Shown in pieces: positions 9,041 through 18,358 of a stretch of 48,954 nucleotides of DNA (the first letter of the stretch is position 1; every line of letters begins with the position of its first letter). A program made the translations under genes and the position numbers. This DNA is from an uncultured Candidatus Saccharibacteria bacterium (GTDB lineage: Bacteria; Patescibacteriota; Minisyncoccia; UBA6257; UBA9933). A model generated the notes under the pieces. It was not told the origin of the DNA. It ran no database searches and worked only from the letters and a program-made list of their open reading frames with translations. Where the stretch lies: assembly GCA_964428615.1 (NCBI GenBank), contig CAYRXZ010000004.1, positions 1-48,954 of the forward strand. Reading direction: 5' to 3'.

Positions 9041-10366
9041 TTATTTTTTCTTCATTCTGTCGCCGTAACCGCAGCTGTCTTTCTCGGGGCATCTGCCATA
9101 ATTGACACACTGGGGTTCAACGAATCCACGGAATACCGGCGCAACTCTTTCAATATGTTTCGCCATACATTTCGCGATTCTACGAACTTCACGTTGCGCT
9201 TTTTCACATCTCCGCTTACCGATAGAATGGATAGCATTCCAGCCATTCACATGAATCAAATCGTAAACGAGCAGAGAATGCGGGAGCACGCCGATAGCTT
9301 CTTCTGCCGGAACTCCATCCAACAATAAAGATTCATATGCGTGCACCATCGACCAATGAAGATCGACATACCGTCTCGCAATTGACGATGACGCCGTGTC
9401 TATTGATTCGGGAACAAACATTTTACGTCCCAGTCCGGCAAAATGCGCGGCTCGATAGATCGACTCAACGCTCTGATTCCATGTCCGCTGACGCGTCGCT
9501 TGATGAAAACAAGCTAAAGACATAGGAGCCAGAAACTCAAAATGGACATGTTTCAGAATTGCTAGAGCCGCTTCGTCGCGATCTCTAATCGCCCTTTGGA
9601 GCGCTTCGGCAATCAAATCACCATCCCATGTTATCCCGCCGCCGAGAAAAGCAACACTTTCTTTTTCATGGCGAAAAATGAGATTTTCCATCGTCTCGTT
9701 AGTTTCGGCAAAAAGCTGAGATGAAGGGTACCACGCCAATTGCTCATAGTTGCCGCCGAAATCTTCAAAAAGATACGGGGCCACCTCCTTGGCAAGCCGT
9801 ATCATTTCCCCGACTACGGTCTTTACAATTGACGGCGTTCCCGATTTTTTCGACATCGCCCAAATATGCGATAACTCTCTGGCATTGATCGCTGTTTGAA
9901 TGTTGGTCCGCGTATAAAGCGGCAATGGATATCTTGCGTCTTCTCCAGGAACACCCGCCTTCACGGCATCTTCGTAAAACTTGAAGCTTTTCTCCATCAC
10001 CGCTTTGGCCCTATCGGACCATTTCATTGCATCCGGCAAATGAAATCCGCGTTCGGGTTTGGCGCGCCGCAATGATTGTTGTAGATGCGCTGCGAATTCC
10101 GGCAAACACAATTGTAGTGTGGCGATACGCGGCAAATCTTCAATGCTGAAAATAAAACAACATTGATCGCCGACAGAACCGTGCCCCATACCAAAACTGT
10201 TTTTAATGACAGCCTTAATTTTTTTGTCGCGTTCTTCAGCAGACAAACTCAAAAGCCGTTCAAGGATTTCCGATGAAGCGCCTTCTTCGAAACAGCCAAG
10301 AGCGCCAGCCGTAACGATCAACTGCGGATCGCCTGTTACCGACAAAAGTTTTACCTTGAAATCCAT
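9041..10366 (-). CDS. thyX: Tandem two-domain flavin-dependent thymidylate synthase (ThyX-like)
   Basis: Domain 1: GHGSVGDQ, QQSLRR, EDARYPLP, NAREL. Domain 2: HQATRQR, EEAIGVLP, KRRCEKAQREVR, terminal C..YGRCPE. Preceded by SD AAGGAG. Confidence 0.8.
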   Translation of the reverse strand: MDFKVKLLSVTGDPQLIVTAGALGCFEEGASSEILERLLSLSAEERDKKIKAVIKNSFGMGHGSVGDQCCFIFSIEDLPRIATLQLCLPEFAAHLQQSLRRAKPERGFHLPDAMKWSDRAKAVMEKSFKFYEDAVKAGVPGEDARYPLPLYTRTNIQTAINARELSHIWAMSKKSGTPSIVKTVVGEMIRLAKEVAPYLFEDFGGNYEQLAWYPSSQLFAETNETMENLIFRHEKESVAFLGGGITWDGDLIAEALQRAIRDRDEAALAILKHVHFEFLAPMSLACFHQATRQRTWNQSVESIYRAAHFAGLGRKMFVPESIDTASSSIARRYVDLHWSMVHAYESLLLDGVPAEEAIGVLPHSLLVYDLIHVNGWNAIHSIGKRRCEKAQREVRRIAKCMAKHIERVAPVFRGFVEPQCVNYGRCPEKDSCGYGDRMKKK

Positions 10367-10398
10367 AATCCATCTCCTTTCACTCCAGATCTGTTTTA

Positions 10399-10866
10399 TT
10401 AGTATTTCCCTACGGAATCATTGGCTACCACCAACTCCACCCCTGCCCTAATAAATCGTTCTCTGCTTTGCCTGTCCGTCTGATACGCTTTTTGAGCAAC
10501 CACGCGCTTGATACCCACGCGAATGATACGCCGGGCGCATCTGAAGCATGGTACCATAGTGCAATAAATCGTCGCGCCACGCAAAGCAACTCCATCCATC
10601 GCCGCTTGAAGAATCGCATTCTCTTCGGCGTGAATCGTACGATCGCAATGCTGTGAAGTAGTACCATCGGGTTGAATTACCGTAATCATGTAATGTCCGG
10701 CTTCGTCGCAATGCTCGTCGCCCGGAGCTGAACCCACATAACCGGTAGTCAAAATCGTACGTCTTCTGCTCGTAATGATGGCACCGCTACGGCCTCTATC
10801 GCAGGTTGCGCGCTTAGCTACGCCATCCAACATCCCCAAAAAATATTCGTCCCAATTTGGTCTCAT
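10399..10866 (-). CDS. dCMP deaminase (ComEB/cytidine-deoxycytidylate deaminase family)
   Basis: RPNWDEYF, RATCDR, HAEENAI, PCFRC zinc motifs. SD AAGGAGG favours ATG 10866. Confidence 0.9.
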   Translation of the reverse strand: MRPNWDEYFLGMLDGVAKRATCDRGRSGAIITSRRRTILTTGYVGSAPGDEHCDEAGHYMITVIQPDGTTSQHCDRTIHAEENAILQAAMDGVALRGATIYCTMVPCFRCARRIIRVGIKRVVAQKAYQTDRQSRERFIRAGVELVVANDSVGKY

Positions 10867-10961
10867 AGACACTCCCTCCTTTTCAATATAAATAAGGTTT
10901 TAAATTCATTTCTCCTTTTTAAGTTGACAAATTCCTACTTTCCTTTTATCACCCTTCAAAC

Positions 10962-10990
10962 AAAAAAGCAAGGATTTTATCCTTGCTTTT
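10962..10990 (-). terminator. Intrinsic (bidirectional-type) terminator after rplK
   Basis: AAAAAAGCAAGGA-TTTTA-TCCTTGCTTTT. Confidence 0.8.
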
Positions 10991-11011
10991 CCTAATTCAC
11001 TAATTCACTAA

Positions 11012-11437
11012 TTATCCAACCACCTCAATACCCATTGAGCGCGCCGTGCCTTCAACAATCTTCATTGCTGCTTCAATATCATTTGCATTCAGGTCAGCCA
11101 TTTTCTTTTCAGCGATTTCGCGGACTTGAACTTTAGTCACTGAACCAACTTTTTTCTTTAACGGGTCAGCTGCTCCTTTTTCCACTCCCGCGGCCTTGCG
11201 AAGCAAGTCTGAAGCAGGCGAAGTTTTAAGTTTAAAATCAAAAGTTCTATCTTCGTAAATTGTTATTTCTGCCGGAACAATCGCGCCCGTCATGTCCTTG
11301 GTAGCTTCATTAAATTGCTGACAAAACTGACCGATGTTTATTCCTTGCGGTCCTAAAGCCGTTCCGATAGGCGGAGCCGGAGTGGCGGCGCCGGCCACAA
11401 TTTGAATTATTAATATTTTTTTAATTGATTTAGCCAT
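11012..11437 (-). CDS. rplK: 50S ribosomal protein L11
   Basis: [32 protein letters not shown]. Start at MAKSIKK. Confidence 0.97.
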   Translation of the reverse strand: MAKSIKKILIIQIVAGAATPAPPIGTALGPQGINIGQFCQQFNEATKDMTGAIVPAEITIYEDRTFDFKLKTSPASDLLRKAAGVEKGAADPLKKKVGSVTKVQVREIAEKKMADLNANDIEAAMKIVEGTARSMGIEVVG

Positions 11438-11441
11438 AATT

Positions 11442-12071
11442 TTACATTTTCTGCGCTTGCAATGAATCAAGCTCAACTGCCGTTTCTCTGCCGAAAATCG
11501 CCAGCATTACTTTTAATCGTCCTCTTTCTTCGTCTACTGCCGATATCTTACCCTCATAATCTTTAAACGGTCCGTCTATTATTTTTATAATATCTCCCAT
11601 ACTGAATTCAAGTTTAAATTTTGTCTCATCCTCACCCTTCATTCTCTCCATCAAGGATTCTATTTCATCTTTAGAAAGCGGAGTCGGCTCGGTTGAATCG
11701 GCGCCCACAAATCCGGTTACCCGCGGCGTATTACGCACCACATACCAAGAATCTTCACTCATCAACATATCAACCAAGACATAACCCGGATAAATTTTTT
11801 CTTCAATCGTTCTGCGTTTACCGTTTTTTATTTTTATCTTTTTCTCTTTCGGAACCAAAACGTTGAAAATTTTATCGTTCATCGCTAAAGATTCAACCCT
11901 TTGTTTTAAATAACGCGCTACTGCGTCTTCATAACCAGAATAAGTATGAACGGCATACCAATGCCTTTCGCCTTTTTTCTTAAAATCGCCCGGTGAAACG
12001 CGAGTTTTTGGCTTATCAGCGTTTTCTAATGTATTTCCTATCTTATTGTTATCCATAATATTGTTCTGCAT
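11442..12071 (-). CDS. nusG: Transcription factor NusG
   Basis: [33 protein letters not shown] motif [16 protein letters not shown]. Confidence 0.97.
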   Translation of the reverse strand: MQNNIMDNNKIGNTLENADKPKTRVSPGDFKKKGERHWYAVHTYSGYEDAVARYLKQRVESLAMNDKIFNVLVPKEKKIKIKNGKRRTIEEKIYPGYVLVDMLMSEDSWYVVRNTPRVTGFVGADSTEPTPLSKDEIESLMERMKGEDETKFKLEFSMGDIIKIIDGPFKDYEGKISAVDEERGRLKVMLAIFGRETAVELDSLQAQKM

Positions 12072-12262
12072 TAAGACACTACTTTATCCAATATTAAAGT
12101 AAAAATCAAATCTAAAGCGCCCAAAAACAACGCCACGCCGACAGAAAAACCAATAACAATCAACGTCAATCGAGTCGTCTCTTGTTTTGTTGGCCAATTC
12201 ACTCTCAAAAATTCTCTATACGCTTCGGTAATATAATCTTTTGCTTTTCTAAATGTATTCAT
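12071..12262 (-). CDS. secE: Preprotein translocase subunit SecE
   Basis: EFLRVNWPTKQET plus one TM helix; upstream of nusG. Confidence 0.93.
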   Translation of the reverse strand: MNTFRKAKDYITEAYREFLRVNWPTKQETTRLTLIVIGFSVGVALFLGALDLIFTLILDKVVS

Positions 12263-12267
12263 TATAT

Positions 12268-14385
12268 TTAGATATCTAAATTCTTAACCGTTGTCGCTTG
12301 ACTTTGAATGAAATGTTTTCTTGGTTCAACCACTTCGCCCATTAAAATATTAAATAATCTTTCAGCTTCCTGCGCATCTTCAACCATAACTTGTTTTAAA
12401 ACCCGTCTTTCGGTGTCCATTGTAGTTTCCCAAAGCTGCTCTGGGTTCATTTCTCCTAAACCTTTGTAGCGTTGGATTCCAATTCCGGGACGTTTTTCCG
12501 AAACCGCTTCGCCCCCTGCTCCCGCCTCAACTTCATTTATTTCTTCAAACTCTTCTTTATCTTTATCTTTTTCTTTCAATTTTTTCCTAGCAAGCTTGGC
12601 GTCTGTCATCTCTTTTAAAATCTTTTCTTTCTCTGTGTCATTATAAGCATATCTTATTTCCTTACCTAATTGCAATCTATATAACGGTGGCTGCGCTATA
12701 TACAAATGACCGCTTGTAATTATTTCGTTAAAATACCGATAAAAAAGCGTCAAAAGCAATGTACGAATATGCGCTCCGTCAACATCGGCATCAGTAGCAA
12801 TTATTATTTTATAATACCTTAACTTGTTTAAGTCAAACTCATCACCAATAGCCGTACCTATTGCCATAACCAAAGAACGGATTTCTTTATTTAAAAGTAT
12901 TTTATCTATTCTTGATTTTTCAACGTTTAAAATCTTTCCGCGCAAAGGCAAAATAGCCTGAAACCTTCTGTCACGCGCTGATTTAGCCGAACCGCCAGCA
13001 GAATCTCCCTCTACAATAAACAATTCCGATTCTTCAGCATCCTTACTTGAACAATCAGCAAGCTTGCCAGGTAAAGTCATTCCGTCTAAAATACCCTTTC
13101 GTAAAACTGTTTCTTTTGCCGCCCTTGCCGCCTTTCTTGCTTTTGCTGTTAATAAGCATCTTTCAATAACAGCCCGCGCTTCAGAAGAATTCTTTTCTAA
13201 AAACTCTTTAAGTGCCTCAGCAACGACCGTTTCAACCGCTGTTCTTGCCGGCGGATTGCCCAAGCGAGCCTTTGTTTGACCTTCAAATTGAGGTTCGCGA
13301 AGCTTAACTGAAACAATAGCTGATAAACCTTCACGAACATCATCGCCTATTAAATTATCATCTGAATTTTTCAAGTAATTTCCGCCCCTGGCATAATCAT
13401 TCAAACTTCTGGTGAGCGCGGAACGAAAACCGGTTAAATGCATTCCACCATCCGGAGTGTAAATATTATTAGCAAAACTTAATTCTTGAGTTTCAATTTC
13501 TTGGCTATAAACAAAGGCTGCCTCAACTTCTATATGCTCATAAGTTTTATTGATATAAAACGGTTCATCCTGAATTCGCTGATTAAAACGATTTAAATAA
13601 TTTATGAAAGCTAAAAGCCCCCCTTCAAAACAAAATGAATAATAGAATGGGCCGTCTTGCCCTGAGCTTGTCGAAGGGCGCCAATCAATAATTTCTATTT
13701 TTACGCCTTTAGTTAAAAATGCTTGCTGGCGAAGATGATCAACTATCGTTTTTCTATTAAACTCAACATTGCCAAAAACAGACTTATCCGGCTGAAAAGT
13801 TATTTTTGTCCCAGTTGTTTTTGAAGAACCGACTTTTTTAACTTTATATTGCGGGGTTCCTGTTTTATATTCTTGAACGTATTCCCCGCCGTCTTTACTA
13901 ACCTCCGCTTTCACCCAAATTGAAAGCGCATTCACAACCGAAACACCAACTCCGTGCAAGCCGCCGGAAACTTTATAAGATTCTCCTCCAAATTTTCCGC
14001 CAGCATGTAAAGTACAAAGCGCAGTTTCAAGTGCTGATTTTTTTGTTTGTGGATGAATATCTATAGGAATTCCTCTTCCATCGTCTGTTACCGCAACTTT
14101 ATTTTCCGGCAAAAGTTCAACTCTGATATTTTTGGCGAAACCCGCCATAGCTTCGTCTAAACTATTATCAACAACTTCCCAAATTAAATGGTGTAAACCA
14201 TCTACTCCGGTTGAGCCAATGTACATTCCCGGCCTCTTTCTTACCGGCTCTAACCCTTCTAAAACATAAATGTCTTTAGCACTGTAAGACGCGCTAGCCT
14301 TTAATTCATCACCGCTTGTTTCTGGTGCTTTTTTTTTCTTTTCTTCCACTTTTTTAACGGTTTTTTTAGTGATTTTTTTAGCCAT
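12268..14385 (-). CDS. gyrB: DNA gyrase subunit B (type IIA topoisomerase B subunit)
   Basis: LEGLEPVRKRPGMYIG, EVVDNSLDE, VEGDSAGG, PLRGKILN, TDADVDG, QRYKGLGEM, C-terminal KNLDI. Confidence 0.95.
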   Translation of the reverse strand: MAKKITKKTVKKVEEKKKKAPETSGDELKASASYSAKDIYVLEGLEPVRKRPGMYIGSTGVDGLHHLIWEVVDNSLDEAMAGFAKNIRVELLPENKVAVTDDGRGIPIDIHPQTKKSALETALCTLHAGGKFGGESYKVSGGLHGVGVSVVNALSIWVKAEVSKDGGEYVQEYKTGTPQYKVKKVGSSKTTGTKITFQPDKSVFGNVEFNRKTIVDHLRQQAFLTKGVKIEIIDWRPSTSSGQDGPFYYSFCFEGGLLAFINYLNRFNQRIQDEPFYINKTYEHIEVEAAFVYSQEIETQELSFANNIYTPDGGMHLTGFRSALTRSLNDYARGGNYLKNSDDNLIGDDVREGLSAIVSVKLREPQFEGQTKARLGNPPARTAVETVVAEALKEFLEKNSSEARAVIERCLLTAKARKAARAAKETVLRKGILDGMTLPGKLADCSSKDAEESELFIVEGDSAGGSAKSARDRRFQAILPLRGKILNVEKSRIDKILLNKEIRSLVMAIGTAIGDEFDLNKLRYYKIIIATDADVDGAHIRTLLLTLFYRYFNEIITSGHLYIAQPPLYRLQLGKEIRYAYNDTEKEKILKEMTDAKLARKKLKEKDKDKEEFEEINEVEAGAGGEAVSEKRPGIGIQRYKGLGEMNPEQLWETTMDTERRVLKQVMVEDAQEAERLFNILMGEVVEPRKHFIQSQATTVKNLDI
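13656..13679 (-). repeat. CTTCGACAAGCTCAGG-family hairpin element, in-frame in gyrB (PSTSSGQ)
   Basis: Sense strand gcccttcgacaagctcagggcaag. Confidence 0.85.
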
Positions 14386-14492
14386 AAACGAAATAAAACA
14401 CCCGTTTGGGCACTTTTATTATATCAAAAATAAAGATAAAAACAAGCGATTTTTGCCCTAATTAAGCCCAAATAAGATAGTATTTAAAGCTT

Positions 14493-14981
14493 TTATTTGA
14501 ATTTTATTTTTTCCTCGCTTTTCCCCTTAAGAATTTCGTCAACCATTCTAATTTCATCTAAAATCCCGTCTATCAAATCATAACCTTTTGCTTCCTCATA
14601 ACTCACCCATATATACTCAACTGCGTCATTATCCAATTTAACTTCGCCAGATTTATATGAAGCATAAAAACTTAAAGTAATAACAGGGGTGCCGTCTGAC
14701 CTTATAAACGCCAAATCTAATAAATATTTCACAAGTCCTACTTCCAAATTTACCTCCTCTTTAATTTCCCGACGCAAAGAAGTTTCTACAGCATAATACC
14801 AACTACCCTCTTTTGTGGTCGGTGGTGTTTGAATATAATCATCTATCTCTAATCCTCCGCCCGGAACTGTCCATTTATTAGGAAAGACTTTTTTATTTGG
14901 GCTGCGTTTAATAATTAAATATTTGCCATTTTTATGAATGATGGCCGTGGAAACAATGCGATGTAATTCTTTATTTTCCAT
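14493..14981 (-). CDS. NUDIX hydrolase
   Basis: WTVPGGG...REIKEEVNL Nudix box with an internal insertion. Confidence 0.88.
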   Translation of the reverse strand: MENKELHRIVSTAIIHKNGKYLIIKRSPNKKVFPNKWTVPGGGLEIDDYIQTPPTTKEGSWYYAVETSLRREIKEEVNLEVGLVKYLLDLAFIRSDGTPVITLSFYASYKSGEVKLDNDAVEYIWVSYEEAKGYDLIDGILDEIRMVDEILKGKSEEKIKFK

Positions 14982-15038
14982 AAAATTATATTTACATTAT
15001 AAGCCAAAAATATACAAAGCGTTAATATCTTCTCACCC

Positions 15039-15368
15039 TCATACCCGTAAAAGGTTAAAACTTATTATTTTCACAACCGTATCTACAGACGTCCTATCTC
15101 CGTAATATTTTTTATATGTCTCCAGCATTTCTTCCTTATCTTTAAATTTTTCATGCCCTTCCAAATCTTCGTCCTCAATATCTACCAGCTTCTTCTCTCT
15201 TATCCCGATAATTTCTGCTTCGGCAAATTTATTTTTGGTTTCCCATTCAAGAAAATCCAACTTATCGCCGACTTTCAAATCTTTATCATCAAACAAACGC
15301 CATGTAATTGTTTTTCTACCATCAAGAATTTCTTTTGCTAAAACTTGTCGAAATTTGAGAGTTTTCAT
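15039..15368 (-). CDS. ASCH domain protein
   Basis: MKTLKF...ILDGRKTITWR...LKVGD ASCH signature. Start at MKTLKF just after the secA stop. Confidence 0.85.
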   Translation of the reverse strand: MKTLKFRQVLAKEILDGRKTITWRLFDDKDLKVGDKLDFLEWETKNKFAEAEIIGIREKKLVDIEDEDLEGHEKFKDKEEMLETYKKYYGDRTSVDTVVKIISFNLLRV

Positions 15369-15372
15369 ATTT

Positions 15373-17730
15373 TTATTTTCCACAACAATGTTTATACTTT
15401 TTGGGAGTCCCATCTTCTTTTTTTGCTCCACATGGACAAGAGTCATTACGACCAACTTTATTGCCTGACGCTGATTTATTTTGATTTGTCTGCTGATTTA
15501 TGCCAATTTTTGAAACCGGCGACATTTTTAATCCGTGTTCATCCGTTTTCTTATCCGCGTTTATCCGTGCCTGGCGAAGCCATTCTTCAAAATTCGCCAT
15601 CATTTCTTTAAACATTGTATAACTCTCACGACGATACTCAATTAACGGTTCTTTTTGGCCATATGCCCGCATTCCTACCGATTCCCTTAATGCTTCAAGA
15701 TTTTCTAAGTGACTCATCCACAAAACATCTAATATCGCTAATGACGACTTATCGTCTTTTATATTAACAAGTATTTCTTGTCTCTTTTTGTAAAAAGCAG
15801 CTCTTTGTTTATTTAAAACATCGTCATATTCCAATAAATGTTTCCTTAAATCAAAATTAAGGCCTTCTATTTTTCTTTGCGCTTCATTTACCGCACGGGA
15901 AACCAAAGAAGATTCGATTGGCTGATCTTCGGGCAAATTAAAGCTTTCCATTAATGATTTTATTTTATCGCCCCCAAAAATTCTTAATAAATCATCTTCT
16001 AGGGAAAGGAAGAATCGCGAAGAGCCTGGGTCACCTTGTCTGCCACTTCTTCCTCTCAGCTGATTATCAATTCTTCTTGCCTCATGGCGTTCGGTGCCAA
16101 TAACATGCAAACCACCTAAATCCTTCACTTTTTTAGCTTCTTCGAGATTAAACGGATTTCCGCCTAAAATAATATCAACTCCACGACCCGCCATGTTTGT
16201 AGCAACAGTTACCGCTCCGGCTCTTCCGGCCTGAGCAATAATTTCTCCTTCACGTTCATGATTCTTGGCATTTAAAGTTTCATGTGGAATACTGGCTTGT
16301 TTAAATAAACCCGATAAAAGTTCATTATTTGTAATTGACGCCGTGCCAAGTAAAACCGGCTGGCCTGCCATATGTCGTTCTCTGGTTTCTTCAACAATCG
16401 CCCGATATTTTACTTCAAGATTTTTATAAATAGAATCTGGAGTATCCTTACGCGCTACAGGTTTATTTGGCGGCACACTCACAACTTCCAAATTATAAAC
16501 TTTGTGAAATTCTTCAGCAGAAGTCTGAGCCGTACCCGTCATTCCAGAAATTTTTTCATACAAACGAAAATAATTTTGAATTGTAATTTGCGCAAATGTT
16601 CGCGTTTCTTGTTTAACATCAACTCCTTCTTTAGCTTCAATTGCCTGATGAAGTCCGCCGGAATATCTACGACCATACATTTTTCGACCGGTAAATTCAT
16701 CTATAATAACTATTTCCCCTTTTTCAACTATATAATGTTTATCCTTAAAAAATAGCGCTTTCGCTTTTAAAGACTCCTCCAAATAATGCACTAACCGGAA
16801 ATTTTGCGGGTCATAAATATCTTTAAGACCTAAAGCTTGTTCAACTTTGTCTATACCCTTATCTGTTATGCTCGCGCTTCGCGCTTTTTCATCAACTACA
16901 TAATCTTCATCTTTTTCTAAACGGGTTGCTACTCTAGCGAAAACTTTATAGAATTGGCTCGATTCGGCGTCCGGACCGGAAATAATCAATGGCGTTCTAG
17001 CTTCATCTACCAAAATACTATCCACCTCATCAATAATGGCAAAATAATGCTTTCTTTGAACCTGCTGAGCCGGATCATAAGCTAAATTATCCCTTAAGTA
17101 ATCAAAGCCAAATTCATGATTTGTACCATAAACAATATCAGTTAAATAAGCTTCTTTTCGCGAAACTGGTCTTAAAAAATTCTGAAAAACCTTGAAAGAA
17201 CCGAGCTCATCACGCTTCTCATCTTCTTGGGAAGTAGTCATCTTATATTCCGGGTCATAGATAAAAGCAGCTTCATGCATTAAACAACCAACAGACATTC
17301 CAAGCGCGTAATAAATTTGTCCCATCCAAACCGCATCGCGTCGCGCCAAATAATCATTCACTGTAATTATATGAACTCCTTTTCCTGTTAAAGAATTTAA
17401 ATAAACCGGAGCCGTTGCCGCCAAAGTTTTTCCTTCACCAGTTATCATTTCGGCGATTTTCCCCTGGTGCAAAATAATTCCACCAATGAGCTGAACATCA
17501 AAATGCCTTTGCTTTAAAACTCTTTTTGAAGCTTCACGGATCAAAGCAAAAGCCTCGGGCAAAATTTCGCCGAGGTCTTTTCCTTCTTGGGCAAGTTTTT
17601 TAAATTCGAAACTTTTGTTTTTAAGTTCTTCGCCTGATAATTTTTCAAATTCCAGTTCAAAAGAATTTATTTTTTTTACTAAAAGTTCAAAATTTTGCTT
17701 GCCGAAAATTTTTCCAATAATATTAAACAT
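15373..17730 (-). CDS. secA: Preprotein translocase ATPase SecA
   Basis: EMITGEGKT, IDEVDSILVDEARTPLIISG, ATNMAGRGVDI, RRIDNQLRGRSGRQGDPG, SEC-C motif GRNDSCPCG...KYKHCCG. Confidence 0.97.
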   Translation of the reverse strand: MFNIIGKIFGKQNFELLVKKINSFELEFEKLSGEELKNKSFEFKKLAQEGKDLGEILPEAFALIREASKRVLKQRHFDVQLIGGIILHQGKIAEMITGEGKTLAATAPVYLNSLTGKGVHIITVNDYLARRDAVWMGQIYYALGMSVGCLMHEAAFIYDPEYKMTTSQEDEKRDELGSFKVFQNFLRPVSRKEAYLTDIVYGTNHEFGFDYLRDNLAYDPAQQVQRKHYFAIIDEVDSILVDEARTPLIISGPDAESSQFYKVFARVATRLEKDEDYVVDEKARSASITDKGIDKVEQALGLKDIYDPQNFRLVHYLEESLKAKALFFKDKHYIVEKGEIVIIDEFTGRKMYGRRYSGGLHQAIEAKEGVDVKQETRTFAQITIQNYFRLYEKISGMTGTAQTSAEEFHKVYNLEVVSVPPNKPVARKDTPDSIYKNLEVKYRAIVEETRERHMAGQPVLLGTASITNNELLSGLFKQASIPHETLNAKNHEREGEIIAQAGRAGAVTVATNMAGRGVDIILGGNPFNLEEAKKVKDLGGLHVIGTERHEARRIDNQLRGRSGRQGDPGSSRFFLSLEDDLLRIFGGDKIKSLMESFNLPEDQPIESSLVSRAVNEAQRKIEGLNFDLRKHLLEYDDVLNKQRAAFYKKRQEILVNIKDDKSSLAILDVLWMSHLENLEALRESVGMRAYGQKEPLIEYRRESYTMFKEMMANFEEWLRQARINADKKTDEHGLKMSPVSKIGINQQTNQNKSASGNKVGRNDSCPCGAKKEDGTPKKYKHCCGK
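15466..15570 (-). repeat. ~10-mer tandem array pair inside the secA C-terminal linker
   Basis: Sense: gcacggataa acgcggataa gaaaacggat gaacacggat ... taaatcagca ... caaatcaaaa taaatcagcg. Confidence 0.6.
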
Positions 17731-18049
17731 GCCGCCCAATTTTCTTTTCTTTATATTTTTTAATTTCTTGCTGGAGTTTATTACGAACCTCACCTATCGC
17801 CAATCTGACATCATCATTTGAATTCTCAGCGCGAAAAACTTTTTTCCTTAAAGAAAATGTCGCTTCGGCGTAAAAAACTTTTCCGCTTTTGTGATGTTTT
17901 GTCGTTCTGGCAATTTCAACAAGAATTTTTATTTCTCCTTCTTTCTCGAATTTTTTAAGAAATTTATCCAAAGAGCCAATTTTTTCTTCCACATATTCAC
18001 GAATTGAAGGCGTTAAATCTAAATTTGTGGCTTTTATATTTATTTCCAT
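17723..18049 (-). CDS. hpf: Ribosome hibernation promoting factor (RaiA/HPF, short form)
   Basis: MEINIKATNLDLTPSIREYVEEKI; conserved position upstream of secA. Confidence 0.9.
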   Translation of the reverse strand: MEINIKATNLDLTPSIREYVEEKIGSLDKFLKKFEKEGEIKILVEIARTTKHHKSGKVFYAEATFSLRKKVFRAENSNDDVRLAIGEVRNKLQQEIKKYKEKKIGRHV

Positions 18050-18114
18050 ATATTTATGTACAATTTTATTAATATAAATATTATACGGCTTTAAAAAGAT
18101 TTCACAAGTTAATT

Positions 18115-18149
18115 AAAAAATCCCTCTCCGACCTAAATCGGAGAGGGAT
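18115..18149 (-). terminator. Intrinsic terminator downstream of the Lys-rich small ORF
   Basis: 12-bp stem ATCCCTCTCCGA/TCGGAGAGGGAT followed by a T-run on the minus strand. Confidence 0.85.
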
Positions 18150-18155
18150 AAAAGA

Positions 18156-18200
18156 TTATTTCTTCTTTTTCTTGCCCTTGGCTTTTTTCTTAGCTGCCAT
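18156..18200 (-). CDS. Putative 14-aa lysine-rich microprotein MAAKKKAKGKKKKK
   Basis: ATG...TAA ORF with mixed AAA/AAG Lys codons, directly followed by a strong terminator; below the ORF-track cutoff. Confidence 0.65.
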   Translation of the reverse strand: MAAKKKAKGKKKKK

Positions 18201-18207
18201 TGTAATA

Positions 18208-18306
18208 TTCGCAGGCGTTTTTATATTTTTTTATTAAAAATTTTGTCGCTTGCGAAAAGAATTTTTAGCCAATGTTGGATTGTCGACCTGCCAACCACAC
18301 TGACTA
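18208..18306 (-). ncRNA. Putative structured 5' leader (two hairpins) of the microprotein gene
   Basis: Stem TAGTCAGTGT/ACATTGGCTA (18266-18306, G-U pairs on the minus strand) and stem TTCGCAAGCG/CGCCTGCGAA (18208-18256). Confidence 0.45.
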
Positions 18307-18358
18307 TTAGAAACATCGTTCTTACTTTAATTTTAAAGTAAATATGTTTCTACGTAAA

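Noticed and set aside
9052-10711. Several overlapping short ORFs in the ThyX/deaminase region
   Set aside because: Expected by-product of higher GC (fewer stops); no motifs or independent signals.
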